Shown here piece by piece: positions 10,545 to 19,700 of a stretch of 24,000 nucleotides of DNA. Under the pieces are notes generated by a model. The model was not told where the DNA came from and ran no database searches. It was given only the letters and a program-made list of their open reading frames with translations. Numbering within the stretch: the stretch's first letter is position 1; each line of letters begins with the position of its first letter. A program made the position numbers and the translations under genes. Source of the stretch: Candidatus Endobugula sp. (GTDB lineage Bacteria > Pseudomonadota > Gammaproteobacteria > Pseudomonadales > Cellvibrionaceae); assembly GCA_965225895.1 (NCBI GenBank), contig CBDDBR010000011.1, forward strand, positions 499,526 to 523,525, read 5' to 3'.

Positions 10545-11033
10545 ATGAACGAGGTATTCACTGTGAAAATGAAAAAAATAGGTTTGATCGCTGTTGTTGC
10601 AAGTACGGCTTTTTTAGGTGCTTGTGCGAATAGTGGCTTAACGGGAGGAACTTATACACAAGAAGACGCTCGTAAAGTACAAGAGGTTAAGTATGGACGA
10701 GTCTTGTCTGTAACTCCTGTTGTTATCGAAGGCGATAGAGAAGGTTTAGTGGGTAATTTAGGCGGCACAGTTATTGGCGGTGTGGCGGGTAATTCGGTAG
10801 GTAAAGGAAATGGCCGTTCTATTGCGACAGCAATCGGTGCTGTTGTTGGTGGTATTGTTGGGCAAGCAACCGAAGAAAAACTGACCCGTAAGCAAGGCCA
10901 AGAAATTACCATTGAAATGGATACTGGCCGAACAATTTCCGTCGTGCAAGAAGTGAAAGATAAGCAATTTTTTAATGTTGATGATCGAGTTAAATTATTG
11001 CAGTTAAACGGTGTGACACGAGTAAGTTATTAA
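10545..11033 (+). CDS. slyB: Outer membrane lipoprotein SlyB (glycine-zipper 2TM domain)
   Basis: Lipobox FLGAC. Glycine zipper GNLGGTVIGGVAGNSVGKGNGRSIATAIGAVVGGIVGQ parallels remembered E. coli SlyB. The start could instead be the ATG at 10569 (MKKIGLIAV...). Confidence 0.85.
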   Translation: MNEVFTVKMKKIGLIAVVASTAFLGACANSGLTGGTYTQEDARKVQEVKYGRVLSVTPVVIEGDREGLVGNLGGTVIGGVAGNSVGKGNGRSIATAIGAVVGGIVGQATEEKLTRKQGQEITIEMDTGRTISVVQEVKDKQFFNVDDRVKLLQLNGVTRVSY

Positions 11034-11089
11034 GCGAACACGGCTTTTCGTAACAGGTTATTACTAATACGACACGAATAATATTGAAT

Positions 11090-11120
11090 GCGTAAGAGGT
11101 TTCTCTTACGCATTTTTTTT
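11090..11120 (+). terminator. Rho-independent terminator of slyB
   Basis: Stem GCGTAAGAG / CTCTTACGC (loop GTTT), followed by A plus T8. Confidence 0.9.
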
Positions 11121-11173
11121 GCTTGATATTACCGCTAGTAAAAAGTATAGGTTGATATTCTTGTTAATAATAA

Positions 11174-11190
11174 TGTCATTAGGATGTCAT
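11174..11190 (+). promoter_or_regulatory. Pho box (PhoB binding site): two TGTCAT direct repeats with an 11-bp period, upstream of phoX
   Basis: aTGTCATtaggaTGTCATc compared with the E. coli consensus CTGTCATA(A/T)A(T/A)CTGTCA(C/T). The second repeat sits at the -35 position relative to a candidate -10 TATGTT at 11207-11212 (16-nt spacer). Confidence 0.7.
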
Positions 11191-11247
11191 CTTTTATCCG
11201 TAGTGTTATGTTTTTATTTGTCATAAAACCATTAAAGGGGATGGATT

Positions 11248-13158
11248 ATGGATCAAACAATAGCGAGTACCACGGCAAAAACTGAAAACAAAGACATTAA
11301 TAATCATGATAGCGCGACAACCGATTTTGACCATTTAGCAACCTTGGCAATATCGCGGCGTGATTTTTTGAGTACCTGCGTGGGGTTAGGTGCGGGTGCG
11401 TTTGTGATGGGGGTGACGAGTAGTTACCCTATGTCAGCTTTAGCGCGAACCAGTGGTAAATTAAGTTTTGAAGCCGTAGCCGCTAATAGTTTGGATACCG
11501 TGACAGTACCCCATGGATATAGTTGGCATATTGTTGCTAGCTGGGGTGATCCTTTATGGTCAAAAGGGGAAGCATTTGATGCGTCTACCCGTGGTACTGG
11601 CGTTTCGCAAGAATTAGCGCTGGGCGATAATAATGACGGTATGGCGTTATTTACAGAGCACGGAAAATATATTCTTGCTGTAAATAATGAATATGTTAAC
11701 AAAGCTATTTTTCATGGTAATCGTGCATCAAAAAAGGCAGAGACTGCCGATGATGTAAGAAAAAGTAAAGCGGGTCATGGCTTAACCGTTATGGAGGTGG
11801 CTCAAAAAAATGGGCAATGGTCGATTGTTAAAGACTCACCCTATAATCGTCGTATTACCGTTGATTCACCTATGGATATTACGGGGCCAGCACGCGGTCA
11901 TACACTGTTAAAAACATTGGCAGACCCTAGTGGAACACGTGCTAAAGGTACATGGAATAATTGTGGCAATGGACGTACTCCGTGGGGAACCTATTTAGCA
12001 TGTGAAGAAAATTTTAATGGATATTTTTCAAGTAGCGATGAAAACTATGTGCTGAGTGATGCATTAAAACGTTATGGCGTTAAGCATACCGATAAAGGCT
12101 ATAACTGGGCAATGGCGGATGATCGTTTTGATATTAGTCAGCACCCGAACGAGCCTAATCGAGTGGGATATATTGTGGAGCTTGATCCATTAGATCCACA
12201 ATCAACACCCAAAAAACGCACGGCACTTGGACGTTTTAAGCATGAAAATGCCGAAGTTGTAATTGCCGATAGTGGTCATGTTGTCGTGTATATGGGTGAC
12301 GATGAACGCGGAGAATTTCTTTATAAATTTGTGAGTCATGGAAAATACGAACGCTTTGCAAGTAAAGAAAAAAATTCGGCATTATTAGATAGTGGTGATT
12401 TATTTGTTGCTAAGTTTCATGACGATGGTGTTGGTGAATGGTTAGTGCTTACACCAGAAACAACGGGTATGGCATCGCAAGCAGATATTTGTATTCATAC
12501 ACGTATGGCAGCATCTGCGGTGGGTGCAACCACTATGGATCGCCCAGAATGGGTAGCAGCAAACCCGTATAAAAAAGAAGTGTACTGTGCGTTAACCAAT
12601 AACAAAAACAGAGGCAAAAAACCCAATGCAGGCGGGGATGCAACGCCTGTTGACGGCCCTAACCCACGTGCAGTGAATAACTATGGACAGATTGTTCGTT
12701 GGATGCCAGCAGGTGGCGATCACTTATCGGTAGGTTTTAGTTGGGATCTTTTTGTGATGGCAGGAAACCCCGCTGTGCACGGTGATGCGTATGCGGGTTC
12801 TGATAATGTGAATGTATTTAATATGTTTAATTCCCCCGATGGTTTAGCTTTTGATAAACGTGGCGTGTTATGGGTGCAAACGGATGGCAAATATTCTAAT
12901 AAAGATGAATTTACAGGGCATGGAAATAATCAAATGTTGGCCGCTGATCCAGATACGGGTGAGCTACGTCGATTTTTAGTGGGGCCAAAAGAATGCGAAG
13001 TGACAGGGATTACATGGTCTATTGACGGTAAAACACTCTTTGTTGGTATTCAGCATCCTGGCGAAAAAGGAGGGAGTCATTTTCCTGCTGGGGGTGATAG
13101 TGTGCCACGTTCATCTATTATTGCTATTACAAAAGATGATGGCGGTTATATTGGTTAG
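11248..13158 (+). CDS. phoX: Tat-exported alkaline phosphatase PhoX (DUF839 beta-propeller family)
   Basis: 636 aa. Twin-arginine signal ISRRDFLSTCVGLGAGAF. The conserved PhoX block TWNNCGNGRTPWGTYLACEENF, plus GRFKHENA and DRPEWV motifs. The Pho box lies upstream. Confidence 0.9.
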   Translation: MDQTIASTTAKTENKDINNHDSATTDFDHLATLAISRRDFLSTCVGLGAGAFVMGVTSSYPMSALARTSGKLSFEAVAANSLDTVTVPHGYSWHIVASWGDPLWSKGEAFDASTRGTGVSQELALGDNNDGMALFTEHGKYILAVNNEYVNKAIFHGNRASKKAETADDVRKSKAGHGLTVMEVAQKNGQWSIVKDSPYNRRITVDSPMDITGPARGHTLLKTLADPSGTRAKGTWNNCGNGRTPWGTYLACEENFNGYFSSSDENYVLSDALKRYGVKHTDKGYNWAMADDRFDISQHPNEPNRVGYIVELDPLDPQSTPKKRTALGRFKHENAEVVIADSGHVVVYMGDDERGEFLYKFVSHGKYERFASKEKNSALLDSGDLFVAKFHDDGVGEWLVLTPETTGMASQADICIHTRMAASAVGATTMDRPEWVAANPYKKEVYCALTNNKNRGKKPNAGGDATPVDGPNPRAVNNYGQIVRWMPAGGDHLSVGFSWDLFVMAGNPAVHGDAYAGSDNVNVFNMFNSPDGLAFDKRGVLWVQTDGKYSNKDEFTGHGNNQMLAADPDTGELRRFLVGPKECEVTGITWSIDGKTLFVGIQHPGEKGGSHFPAGGDSVPRSSIIAITKDDGGYIG

Positions 13159-13190
13159 TTCATAAATAATTACACCGTAATAGCTCGTAA

Positions 13191-13227
13191 CCTGTCATAG
13201 CCATTATGTGTTATGACAGGTTTTTTT
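13191..13227 (+). terminator. Rho-independent terminator of phoX (the hairpin may also serve the convergent cydB)
   Basis: Stem CCTGTCATA / TATGACAGG (12-nt loop), followed by T7. An A-rich stretch follows on the other side. Confidence 0.85.
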
Positions 13228-13250
13228 ATATGTTATAAATATCGTAGCGT

Positions 13251-14285
13251 TTAGTAATAGTCTAATGCTTTTGCTTTTCCCCAAAACACTCGGTATGAAA
13301 AAATGGTGTATAGCAAAATGATAGGAATAACCACGATGGCACCCCACAATAAAAATTGTAATGATGTGCTCGCACTTGCGGCCTGCCAAATATCGAGTTG
13401 CTGGGGAATAATAAATGGATAAAAACTAAACCCTAAGCCAATAAAACACAGTACAAAAATAATCGCGGTATTACAAAAGGGCAGCCAACATAAATGATCA
13501 TTTAATGCGGTACCATGGTCAAGATATTGCTGTTGTTGATTTTTCATGGCTCGTAAAACTCGGTCGTTAAGCCAAAATAATAATAAACAAATAACAGGCA
13601 CTATCCATAGTAAAACACCTGATAAGGTATTGACCCATTTGTGTAGAATGTATGGGCTAGTCCATAAATTAACCAGTGATACGGCAATAATGCCTAAGGC
13701 CATTAACCAGCCTGCGCGACGTGTCCAGCGTGTGGCCGCGTATTGGAGTTCACCTTCGGTTTTCATGATGAGCCAACTACCACCAATGTAGGTGTAGGCG
13801 GCGGTGACGCAGAGCGCGCTAATAATGGCAAAGCTAATGTTAAGCGCTGTATATTCAAAACCTACTACATAAAAGCCCAGCATATACCCTTGTGACAGTG
13901 CTGTGGTTAAGGAGCCGAATGTAAATATTTTATCCCATAATTTTTTGCGGTAACTTGTACCAACTTTGGCTCTAAAATCAAACGCTACCCCGCGTAATAT
14001 TAATCCGCATAACATAACCGTAGCGGGTAAATAGAGTTCACGTAATACAATATTATGGGCGCTAGGAAATGCAATTAATAGTAAACCTACCGCCAATACA
14101 AGCCATGTTTCATTGGCATCCCAAAAAGGGCCGATAGAGGCAATCATGCGATCCTTTTGCGTTTCAGAGTGGTGGGGTAACAAAATACCTACACCTAAGT
14201 CATAGCCATCTAATATGGCGTAAATCAGCACAGCTAACCCCATGAGACTGATAAAAATAATAGGTAACCAGTAATCGGCATTCAT
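13251..14285 (-). CDS. cydB: Cytochrome bd-type ubiquinol oxidase subunit II
   Basis: 344 aa polytopic membrane protein. YWLPIIFISLMGLAVLIYAILDGYDLGVGIL N-terminus and YRVFWGK C-terminus are typical of CydB/CioB. GAGGA Shine-Dalgarno 7 nt upstream. Confidence 0.92.
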   Translation of the reverse strand: MNADYWLPIIFISLMGLAVLIYAILDGYDLGVGILLPHHSETQKDRMIASIGPFWDANETWLVLAVGLLLIAFPSAHNIVLRELYLPATVMLCGLILRGVAFDFRAKVGTSYRKKLWDKIFTFGSLTTALSQGYMLGFYVVGFEYTALNISFAIISALCVTAAYTYIGGSWLIMKTEGELQYAATRWTRRAGWLMALGIIAVSLVNLWTSPYILHKWVNTLSGVLLWIVPVICLLLFWLNDRVLRAMKNQQQQYLDHGTALNDHLCWLPFCNTAIIFVLCFIGLGFSFYPFIIPQQLDIWQAASASTSLQFLLWGAIVVIPIILLYTIFSYRVFWGKAKALDYY

Positions 14286-14323
14286 TGTGTTGTCCTCGTT
14301 ATTTTTTCTACTTTTCGTGTGGT

Positions 14324-15667
14324 TTATGTGAGTGAAGTAATCGGGGTTTGATACTTGATATCGTCTTCAATATTGGCAGAACGTTTGGCCATATTGCGTA
14401 ATGTCAGCAAGTAAGCAACCAGCAGGCAAACATACAATGTGCAATATAGCGTGAGTGATATGCCCACATTTACGGGTGCGATATCAGTAACGGCATCGGC
14501 GGTACGTAATACCCCGCTAACAAGATAAGGTTGGCGGCCAATCTCTGTGACATACCAGCCAGCCAGTGTTGCTACCCAGCCAGAAAACGTCATGGCAACA
14601 TAGGTTTTAAGTAACCATTGGGGTAGTGCTTTTTTTCGTACGATAAATAAGGCGCCCAACCATGCGAGTAAGAGCATGGCTATCCCCATGCCTACCATGA
14701 TTCTAAAGCCAAAAAAGACAGGTGCCACGGGTGGATGTTCACCAATAAATTCATTGAGGCCTTGAATTTCGCCGTCCCATTCGTGGGTGAGAATAACGCT
14801 CGCCATGTTGGGAATTTCTATTGTGTAATCATTACTGCGAGTGTCTTCATTGGGTATGGCAAATAATAATAAAGGCGCCCCTTTCTCTGTTTCCCATACG
14901 CCTTCCATAGCCGCAATTTTTTGTGGTTGATGTTCTAGTGTATTCAGCCCATGTAGATCGCCAACAACAACTTGTAGTGGCGCGAGTATCGCGGCTAATA
15001 TGATGGCTGTTTTTAGTGCGAGTAATGGCGCTTTTTTATCATCGCCAATAATGATTCGGTAGGCCGAAATACCCGCGACTAAAAAAGCGGCGGTGAGGCC
15101 TGATGCAATCAACGTGTGGCTTAAGCGATAAGGGAGTGATGGGTTAAAAATAATTGCCCACCAATCAACAGGAAATGCCACGCCATTTATCATTTCAAAT
15201 CCTGTGGGGGTTTGCATCCACGAATTAAGCGATAAAATCCAAAAAGCAGACATTGTGGTACCTAGGGCAACAATTGCGGTTGATAAAGTATGAATGGCGT
15301 TAGGTACACGGTGAATACCAAAAAGCATAATGCCTAAAAATGTTGCCTCTAAGAAAAAAGCGGTTAACACTTCATAACCTAATAATGGGCCTGCAATATT
15401 ACCAACGGTTTCCATATAGCCTGGCCAGTTAGTGCCAAACTGAAATGACATGGTAATGCCGCTAACGACACCCATAGCAAACGTTAAGGCAAATATTTTT
15501 ACCCAAAAACGATAAGCTCGCATCCAAACGGGTTCTTTGGAAAAATCAAAACGAATTTTAAAATAAAATAAAATCCAACAGAGCGCGATAGTAATGGTAG
15601 GAAAAAGAATATGAAAACTAATATTGGCGGCAAACTGAATACGCGACAACATAAACACGTCAAGCAT
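14324..15667 (-). CDS. cydA: Cytochrome bd-type ubiquinol oxidase subunit I, short Q-loop (cyanide-insensitive-oxidase-like)
   Basis: 447 aa. MLDVFMLSRIQFAANISFHILFPTITIAL resembles E. coli CydA [28 protein letters not shown]. It is about 75 aa shorter than E. coli CydA, consistent with the short Q-loop subclass. AGGAG Shine-Dalgarno 8 nt upstream. Confidence 0.92.
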   Translation of the reverse strand: MLDVFMLSRIQFAANISFHILFPTITIALCWILFYFKIRFDFSKEPVWMRAYRFWVKIFALTFAMGVVSGITMSFQFGTNWPGYMETVGNIAGPLLGYEVLTAFFLEATFLGIMLFGIHRVPNAIHTLSTAIVALGTTMSAFWILSLNSWMQTPTGFEMINGVAFPVDWWAIIFNPSLPYRLSHTLIASGLTAAFLVAGISAYRIIIGDDKKAPLLALKTAIILAAILAPLQVVVGDLHGLNTLEHQPQKIAAMEGVWETEKGAPLLLFAIPNEDTRSNDYTIEIPNMASVILTHEWDGEIQGLNEFIGEHPPVAPVFFGFRIMVGMGIAMLLLAWLGALFIVRKKALPQWLLKTYVAMTFSGWVATLAGWYVTEIGRQPYLVSGVLRTADAVTDIAPVNVGISLTLYCTLYVCLLVAYLLTLRNMAKRSANIEDDIKYQTPITSLT

Positions 15668-15801
15668 GAGTGTATCTCCTAAATGCGTTAGGCTAATGGC
15701 AAAAGATAATAAAATGTATTGGCGCGGTTTTATGAGTAACGGGTTGTTACGTGAACCGTCTTCTGTATGAAGCTATCGGTCGATTAAAAATAATGTATCG
15801 A

Positions 15802-16347
15802 TTACGATTTTTTCACCAGCTTATTTTTAAGGTGGAGTACCTTGGTGACACCAGATCCCATTTTCATGAGTGTGCGTAGGTTATCGGGGTTCATTGCCTG
15901 TAACTCGTCAGACCATACGGTAAACATTTCCATGAGGTGGTGTATTTCTTCCATGCGGGTTTGTGCGTAGCGGTCTTCGTTGGTACTGGGTGTGTCGAGT
16001 AGTAAGTCACGTAATACTGTTAGTGTGGGATCTACTTCACGCTTGCGGCGTTCTTGAAATACCGCGCGAGCCATATCCCATACATCACCTAGGGCAGAGT
16101 AATAATCTTTGCGATCGCCTTGTATATGCTGGGTTTTGACGAGGCGCCAAGATTGCAGTTCTTTAATGCCCATGCTGACATTACCACGAGAAATGGTGAG
16201 AGCCTCGGCAATTTGATCGGCATAGAGTGCCTCTTCTGTTACCACTAATAAGGCATAAATTTGCGCGACTGTACGATTAATTCCCCAGCGACTGCCCATT
16301 TCGCCAAAATGTAGAACGAACGATTTAATCATGGGTGACATATTCAT
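15802..16347 (-). CDS. GbsR/MarR-family winged-helix transcriptional regulator
   Basis: 181 aa. FGEMGSRWGINRTVAQIYALLVV...ADQIAEALTISRGNVSMGIKELQSWRLV is the wHTH pattern of the GbsR subfamily. Same strand as cydAB, 134 nt upstream of it. Confidence 0.78.
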   Translation of the reverse strand: MNMSPMIKSFVLHFGEMGSRWGINRTVAQIYALLVVTEEALYADQIAEALTISRGNVSMGIKELQSWRLVKTQHIQGDRKDYYSALGDVWDMARAVFQERRKREVDPTLTVLRDLLLDTPSTNEDRYAQTRMEEIHHLMEMFTVWSDELQAMNPDNLRTLMKMGSGVTKVLHLKNKLVKKS

Positions 16348-16362
16348 TAACGGGTATCTCTA

Positions 16363-16389
16363 TTTCTGAAGTTTCAGTATTTTCTGAAA
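16363..16389 (-). promoter_or_regulatory. Candidate autoregulatory operator: overlapping inverted and direct repeats of CTGAA(A)
   Basis: Plus strand reads TTTCTGAAgTTTCAGtaTTTTCTGAAA. It contains CTGAA-gt-TTCAG (16366-16377), TTTCAG-N6-CTGAAA (16372-16389), and the direct repeat TTTCTGAA with an 18-bp period. It lies between the predicted -10 and the start codon of the regulator gene. Confidence 0.5.
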
Positions 16390-16417
16390 GTTTAAAACAA
16401 AATAAGATGTATTGCAA
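16389..16417 (-). promoter_or_regulatory. Candidate sigma70 promoter of the GbsR-like regulator (and possibly cydAB)
   Basis: On the minus strand: TTGCAA (16412-16417), 17-nt spacer, TAAACT (16389-16394). Confidence 0.45.
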
Positions 16418-16467
16418 ATAAATTCTTATGAATGACAGAAGAATGGCGCGCTCATATTGCGTTCACT

Positions 16468-16555
16468 TAGTTACTTTATAGCTCCTTTGTAGTTACTTTG
16501 CGGTTCATTTGCAGCTCCCCTGCAGTTCCTTTGTAGTGTTATGCTGCTCTTTGTC
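16468..16555. repeat. Degenerate 22-bp tandem direct repeat, 3 clear units plus 1 decayed unit
   Basis: Units are TAGTTACTTTATAGCTCCTTTG, TAGTTACTTTGCGGTTCATTTG, CAGCTCCCCTGCAGTTCCTTTG and TAGTGTTATGCTGCTCTTTG. Pairwise identities by my hand alignment are 17/22 and 15/22. Confidence 0.7.
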
Positions 16556-16579
16556 ATGAAAGAGCGACAGCTTGCCGCG

Positions 16580-16613
16580 AGTATATGGGGTTATCAATAG
16601 TATATGGGCTTAT
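16580..16613. repeat. 15-bp direct repeat AGTATATGGG(G/C)TTAT, two copies with a 19-bp period
   Basis: Read directly: copies at 16580-16594 and 16599-16613 with one mismatch. Confidence 0.8.
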
Positions 16614-16753
16614 GGAAAAGGTGATTTGTGACAGGCAATTGATTGAGGCGATAGAGGCGTGTAGATAATGAGTTTTTCACTGACTGCTTGTAATGAAATA
16701 TATCATCTGTGGGCGTTTGTTATATAAGTATTAAATATTGAAATAGTGTAGAA

Positions 16754-19700
16754 CTAGTCGATGACAATATTGCCGTTATCAATCAGTAATTGCAAAATAT
16801 CTAATTGTTGTGTGTCGTCGGTGTAGCCAAGTTCTTCTTCAATATCGAGATTGTCTTGTTTAATGTGTATGTTAAAGTCAGTGCCTGATCCGTCGCCATT
16901 AATATCGACACTAAAATATACACCGCCAAAACTAAAGTCGGTATCAATAGTAATAAAGTCATCAATGGTGTCGTAGCTTTCACCAATGAGTATATCGTGT
17001 AAGTCGATTGCATCAACATCAGATATGCCATCGTACACACCAAAAGTAAAAAAATCTTGTACTCTAATCGTGCTCTGCGTATTGAGTAGGGCGGGGTCAA
17101 AAATAAATTCGAGATTGTCGTCAGCTTCAATAATGTAACGATCTGCACCGCCATTTCCCCAAAAACTGTCGCCGCCGCCGTTGCCGTAAAAGTCTTCGTT
17201 GGTTGTAATGTCGTTAAAAGAGCGACCAAAAATTCTATCACCGTCAATGTTGCCACGTAATACGGTGCGGCCAGAATCAACAATAATATTATGGGCCAGT
17301 AAGTCTTCTAGAGAAGTATCGCCGATATCGCCGAGGTGTATAGATAAATCAGTAAAGCCAGAGCCGTCGCCATTGGAGTCAATATGAAGAGCATTATTTG
17401 ATAGCTGTATAAAATCCCCAATAGTTTCGCTAGTTTCTCCATCGAGTAAATAATGTAAGTCAATCACATCGCCATGGATTCCGTAGATAAAATCAGTAAT
17501 AGTATCTACGGCGCCATCACCGTCATCTTCTAGCCAAATAAAGCGATCCATGTCGGTGTCGTCACCTCCTGTTAATGTATCAGAACCTCGTCCTGCAAAG
17601 AGTACGTCTTGGCCTGCGCCTGCAATAATGTGATCGTCACCATGACCGCCATACAGTGTATTGTTACCTTCATTGCCTGTGATGTGATCGTTGCCATCAC
17701 GCCCTATGATTACTGTGTGGCCTGTTGCTTCTGCAGTGAGAGTGTCATTAAAACCAGTGCCTGTTATTAATAAGTCATCACCTGTTTGTGCTGCGTTGGC
17801 AATGTCGTTATTGAGTGTGCCCGAAAAATCGATAGGCAATATGCTGATGCTAAATGTTGAATGTGTTTCGGTTGTATCGAGCGAAATAGATTGGGTCGTG
17901 GCTGTAATATTAAGATCAATAGTATCGCCTGCGCTGGCATCAGGTAAATGAATGCGTAAACTGTTGAGCGCCCATTCATTGTTAAGTATATCAATGGATT
18001 GGTGACCTTCTTGTGATAAAAAATGATGACCTTCTAAATCGTACAGCGTGGCATTGAGCGGTACGTTGATGATTAATTCTATGAGTTCATCGTTGGTTTC
18101 TGGTCTGACAGAAAAATTTTGCAGTATAACGTCTTGGCCTTCAATGCCAACGGCATGGGCTTCTGAGTTGTTAGAAAAGTAACCACCTTGTGGATTTTCT
18201 CCAGCAATAAATGAATGAATAACACCGCCCGCATCAATCACTTCTTGTGGGTTTGTATGCAGTGAAAAGTTTTCTGCTGAGAGTACATAGTCTGTATTAT
18301 TAACGGCTAAGTTTAGCGCTAATGATCCAGCGCCTACTAGATTTGCAGCGTAGACTTCTAGTGTGTAATAACCTGATACTGGGGGTATAAAACTATGCTC
18401 TGAAATACTCACCATGTTAGTTGATGTCTTGGTGGTATCATCAACAAAAGTAGAAAAATTACCGCTAGAGTTACCAAAAGTATTGACCATTTCTTGGCCG
18501 CCCAGTTCTATAAATAAAGCATCATCTCGGTTACCTGCAAAACGATAAATATTTCCTGCTTCTAAATAAATTAATCCGTTTAGGGTATAGACGTTTCCAT
18601 TCTCTGTGCCAAGGCTGATTGAATTGGTTTGATCAATTGTATTTGTTTGAACGAGTGCGCCAACGCCTTGAATGCTACGTGATAAAGAGCTGGGGAGCGT
18701 CTCGCTCATATTAATGTCATCTTTGATTGTGCTGGCATTATCTAATTCGGTATGTTCATGTGAATATACCGTGCCAACAGCGTATTGATGAGCGACTAAA
18801 CCTGTTGAGTTGGGTACAGATGCTTCATTAAATATTGCGTTATCGGCCTCTACCTTGACCTTAATCGCTATAGTGTCTGTATCGGTTGCTCCTTCGTTAT
18901 CACGGGTAGTTATCGTTAGCTGATCGAAGCCACCATAATTATTTTCGGGGTGGTATTGTAGGGTGTTTAAGGCATCGTTAATGGCGGTTTGTGTACCTGT
19001 GATAATGATGGTGTCGCTGTGATTACTTATAATGATGGCTTCTACGTTATCAATGCTTAAGGTTCCATGGTTAACCGATAAAAGCGCCGAGCTAATATTA
19101 TCGTCAACATCCGTTACGTGCAGTAAAGATACGTCACTTTCATTAAAAGTGAATATACTGTTTTGCGGCACTACAATAGTATCAACAAGAGTGTTAATGG
19201 GGATGTCATTCACTGCGAGAATATCAATCGTTACCGTGGCGGTACTGGTTTGTCCGTCATTATCTTTGATGGTATAGGTAAAGGTGTCGATTCCGTTATA
19301 ATTTTCAGCAGGGTAGTAGGTAACAGTATTGTTGCTGTTGAGCGTAATGCTGCCACCTTGCTTGCTTAGAGCATCAATATTATCAATAAGTGCGCCATCT
19401 AATAAGCTATCGTTATTGAGTAGATGTATCAGTACAGAAGTATCCTCATTGGTACTTTCATTATCATTATTGGCGATGGGGGCACCATCGTTAACAGCCG
19501 TTACAGTAATGCTAACAGTGGCACGATCAACGTCGCCATCACTATCTCTTATGGTGTATGTAAATGTATCAATACCGTAGTAGTTTGGAGCGGGGGTGTA
19601 GGTAAAAACGCCAGAGTATATTTGTGAAACTGTGCCCCCTTGGCTGCTTTCTTTATCGTATGCTACTACGTGAGCTTCATCAAAAAAGTGATCGTTAGTG

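Noticed and set aside
13204-13389. 61-aa minus-strand ORF overlapping the 3' end of cydB, considered as a CydX-like small subunit
   Set aside because: It overlaps cydB in another frame and runs through the phoX terminator hairpin. It does not show the single-TM pattern of CydX and has no Shine-Dalgarno.
16470-16556. 28-aa minus-strand ORF (MTKSSITLQRNCRGAANEPQSNYKGAIK) spanning the 22-bp repeats
   Set aside because: It has no Shine-Dalgarno, and the repeat period (22) is not a multiple of 3, so the repeats are not conserved at the peptide level. A non-coding explanation fits better.
16446-16660. CRISPR array or plasmid oriV interpretation of the intergenic repeats
   Set aside because: The repeats are contiguous with no spacers, short and degenerate. 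No cas, rep or par genes, DnaA boxes or adjacent AT-rich 13-mers were recognised. I kept the array only as a generic iteron-like or regulatory array.
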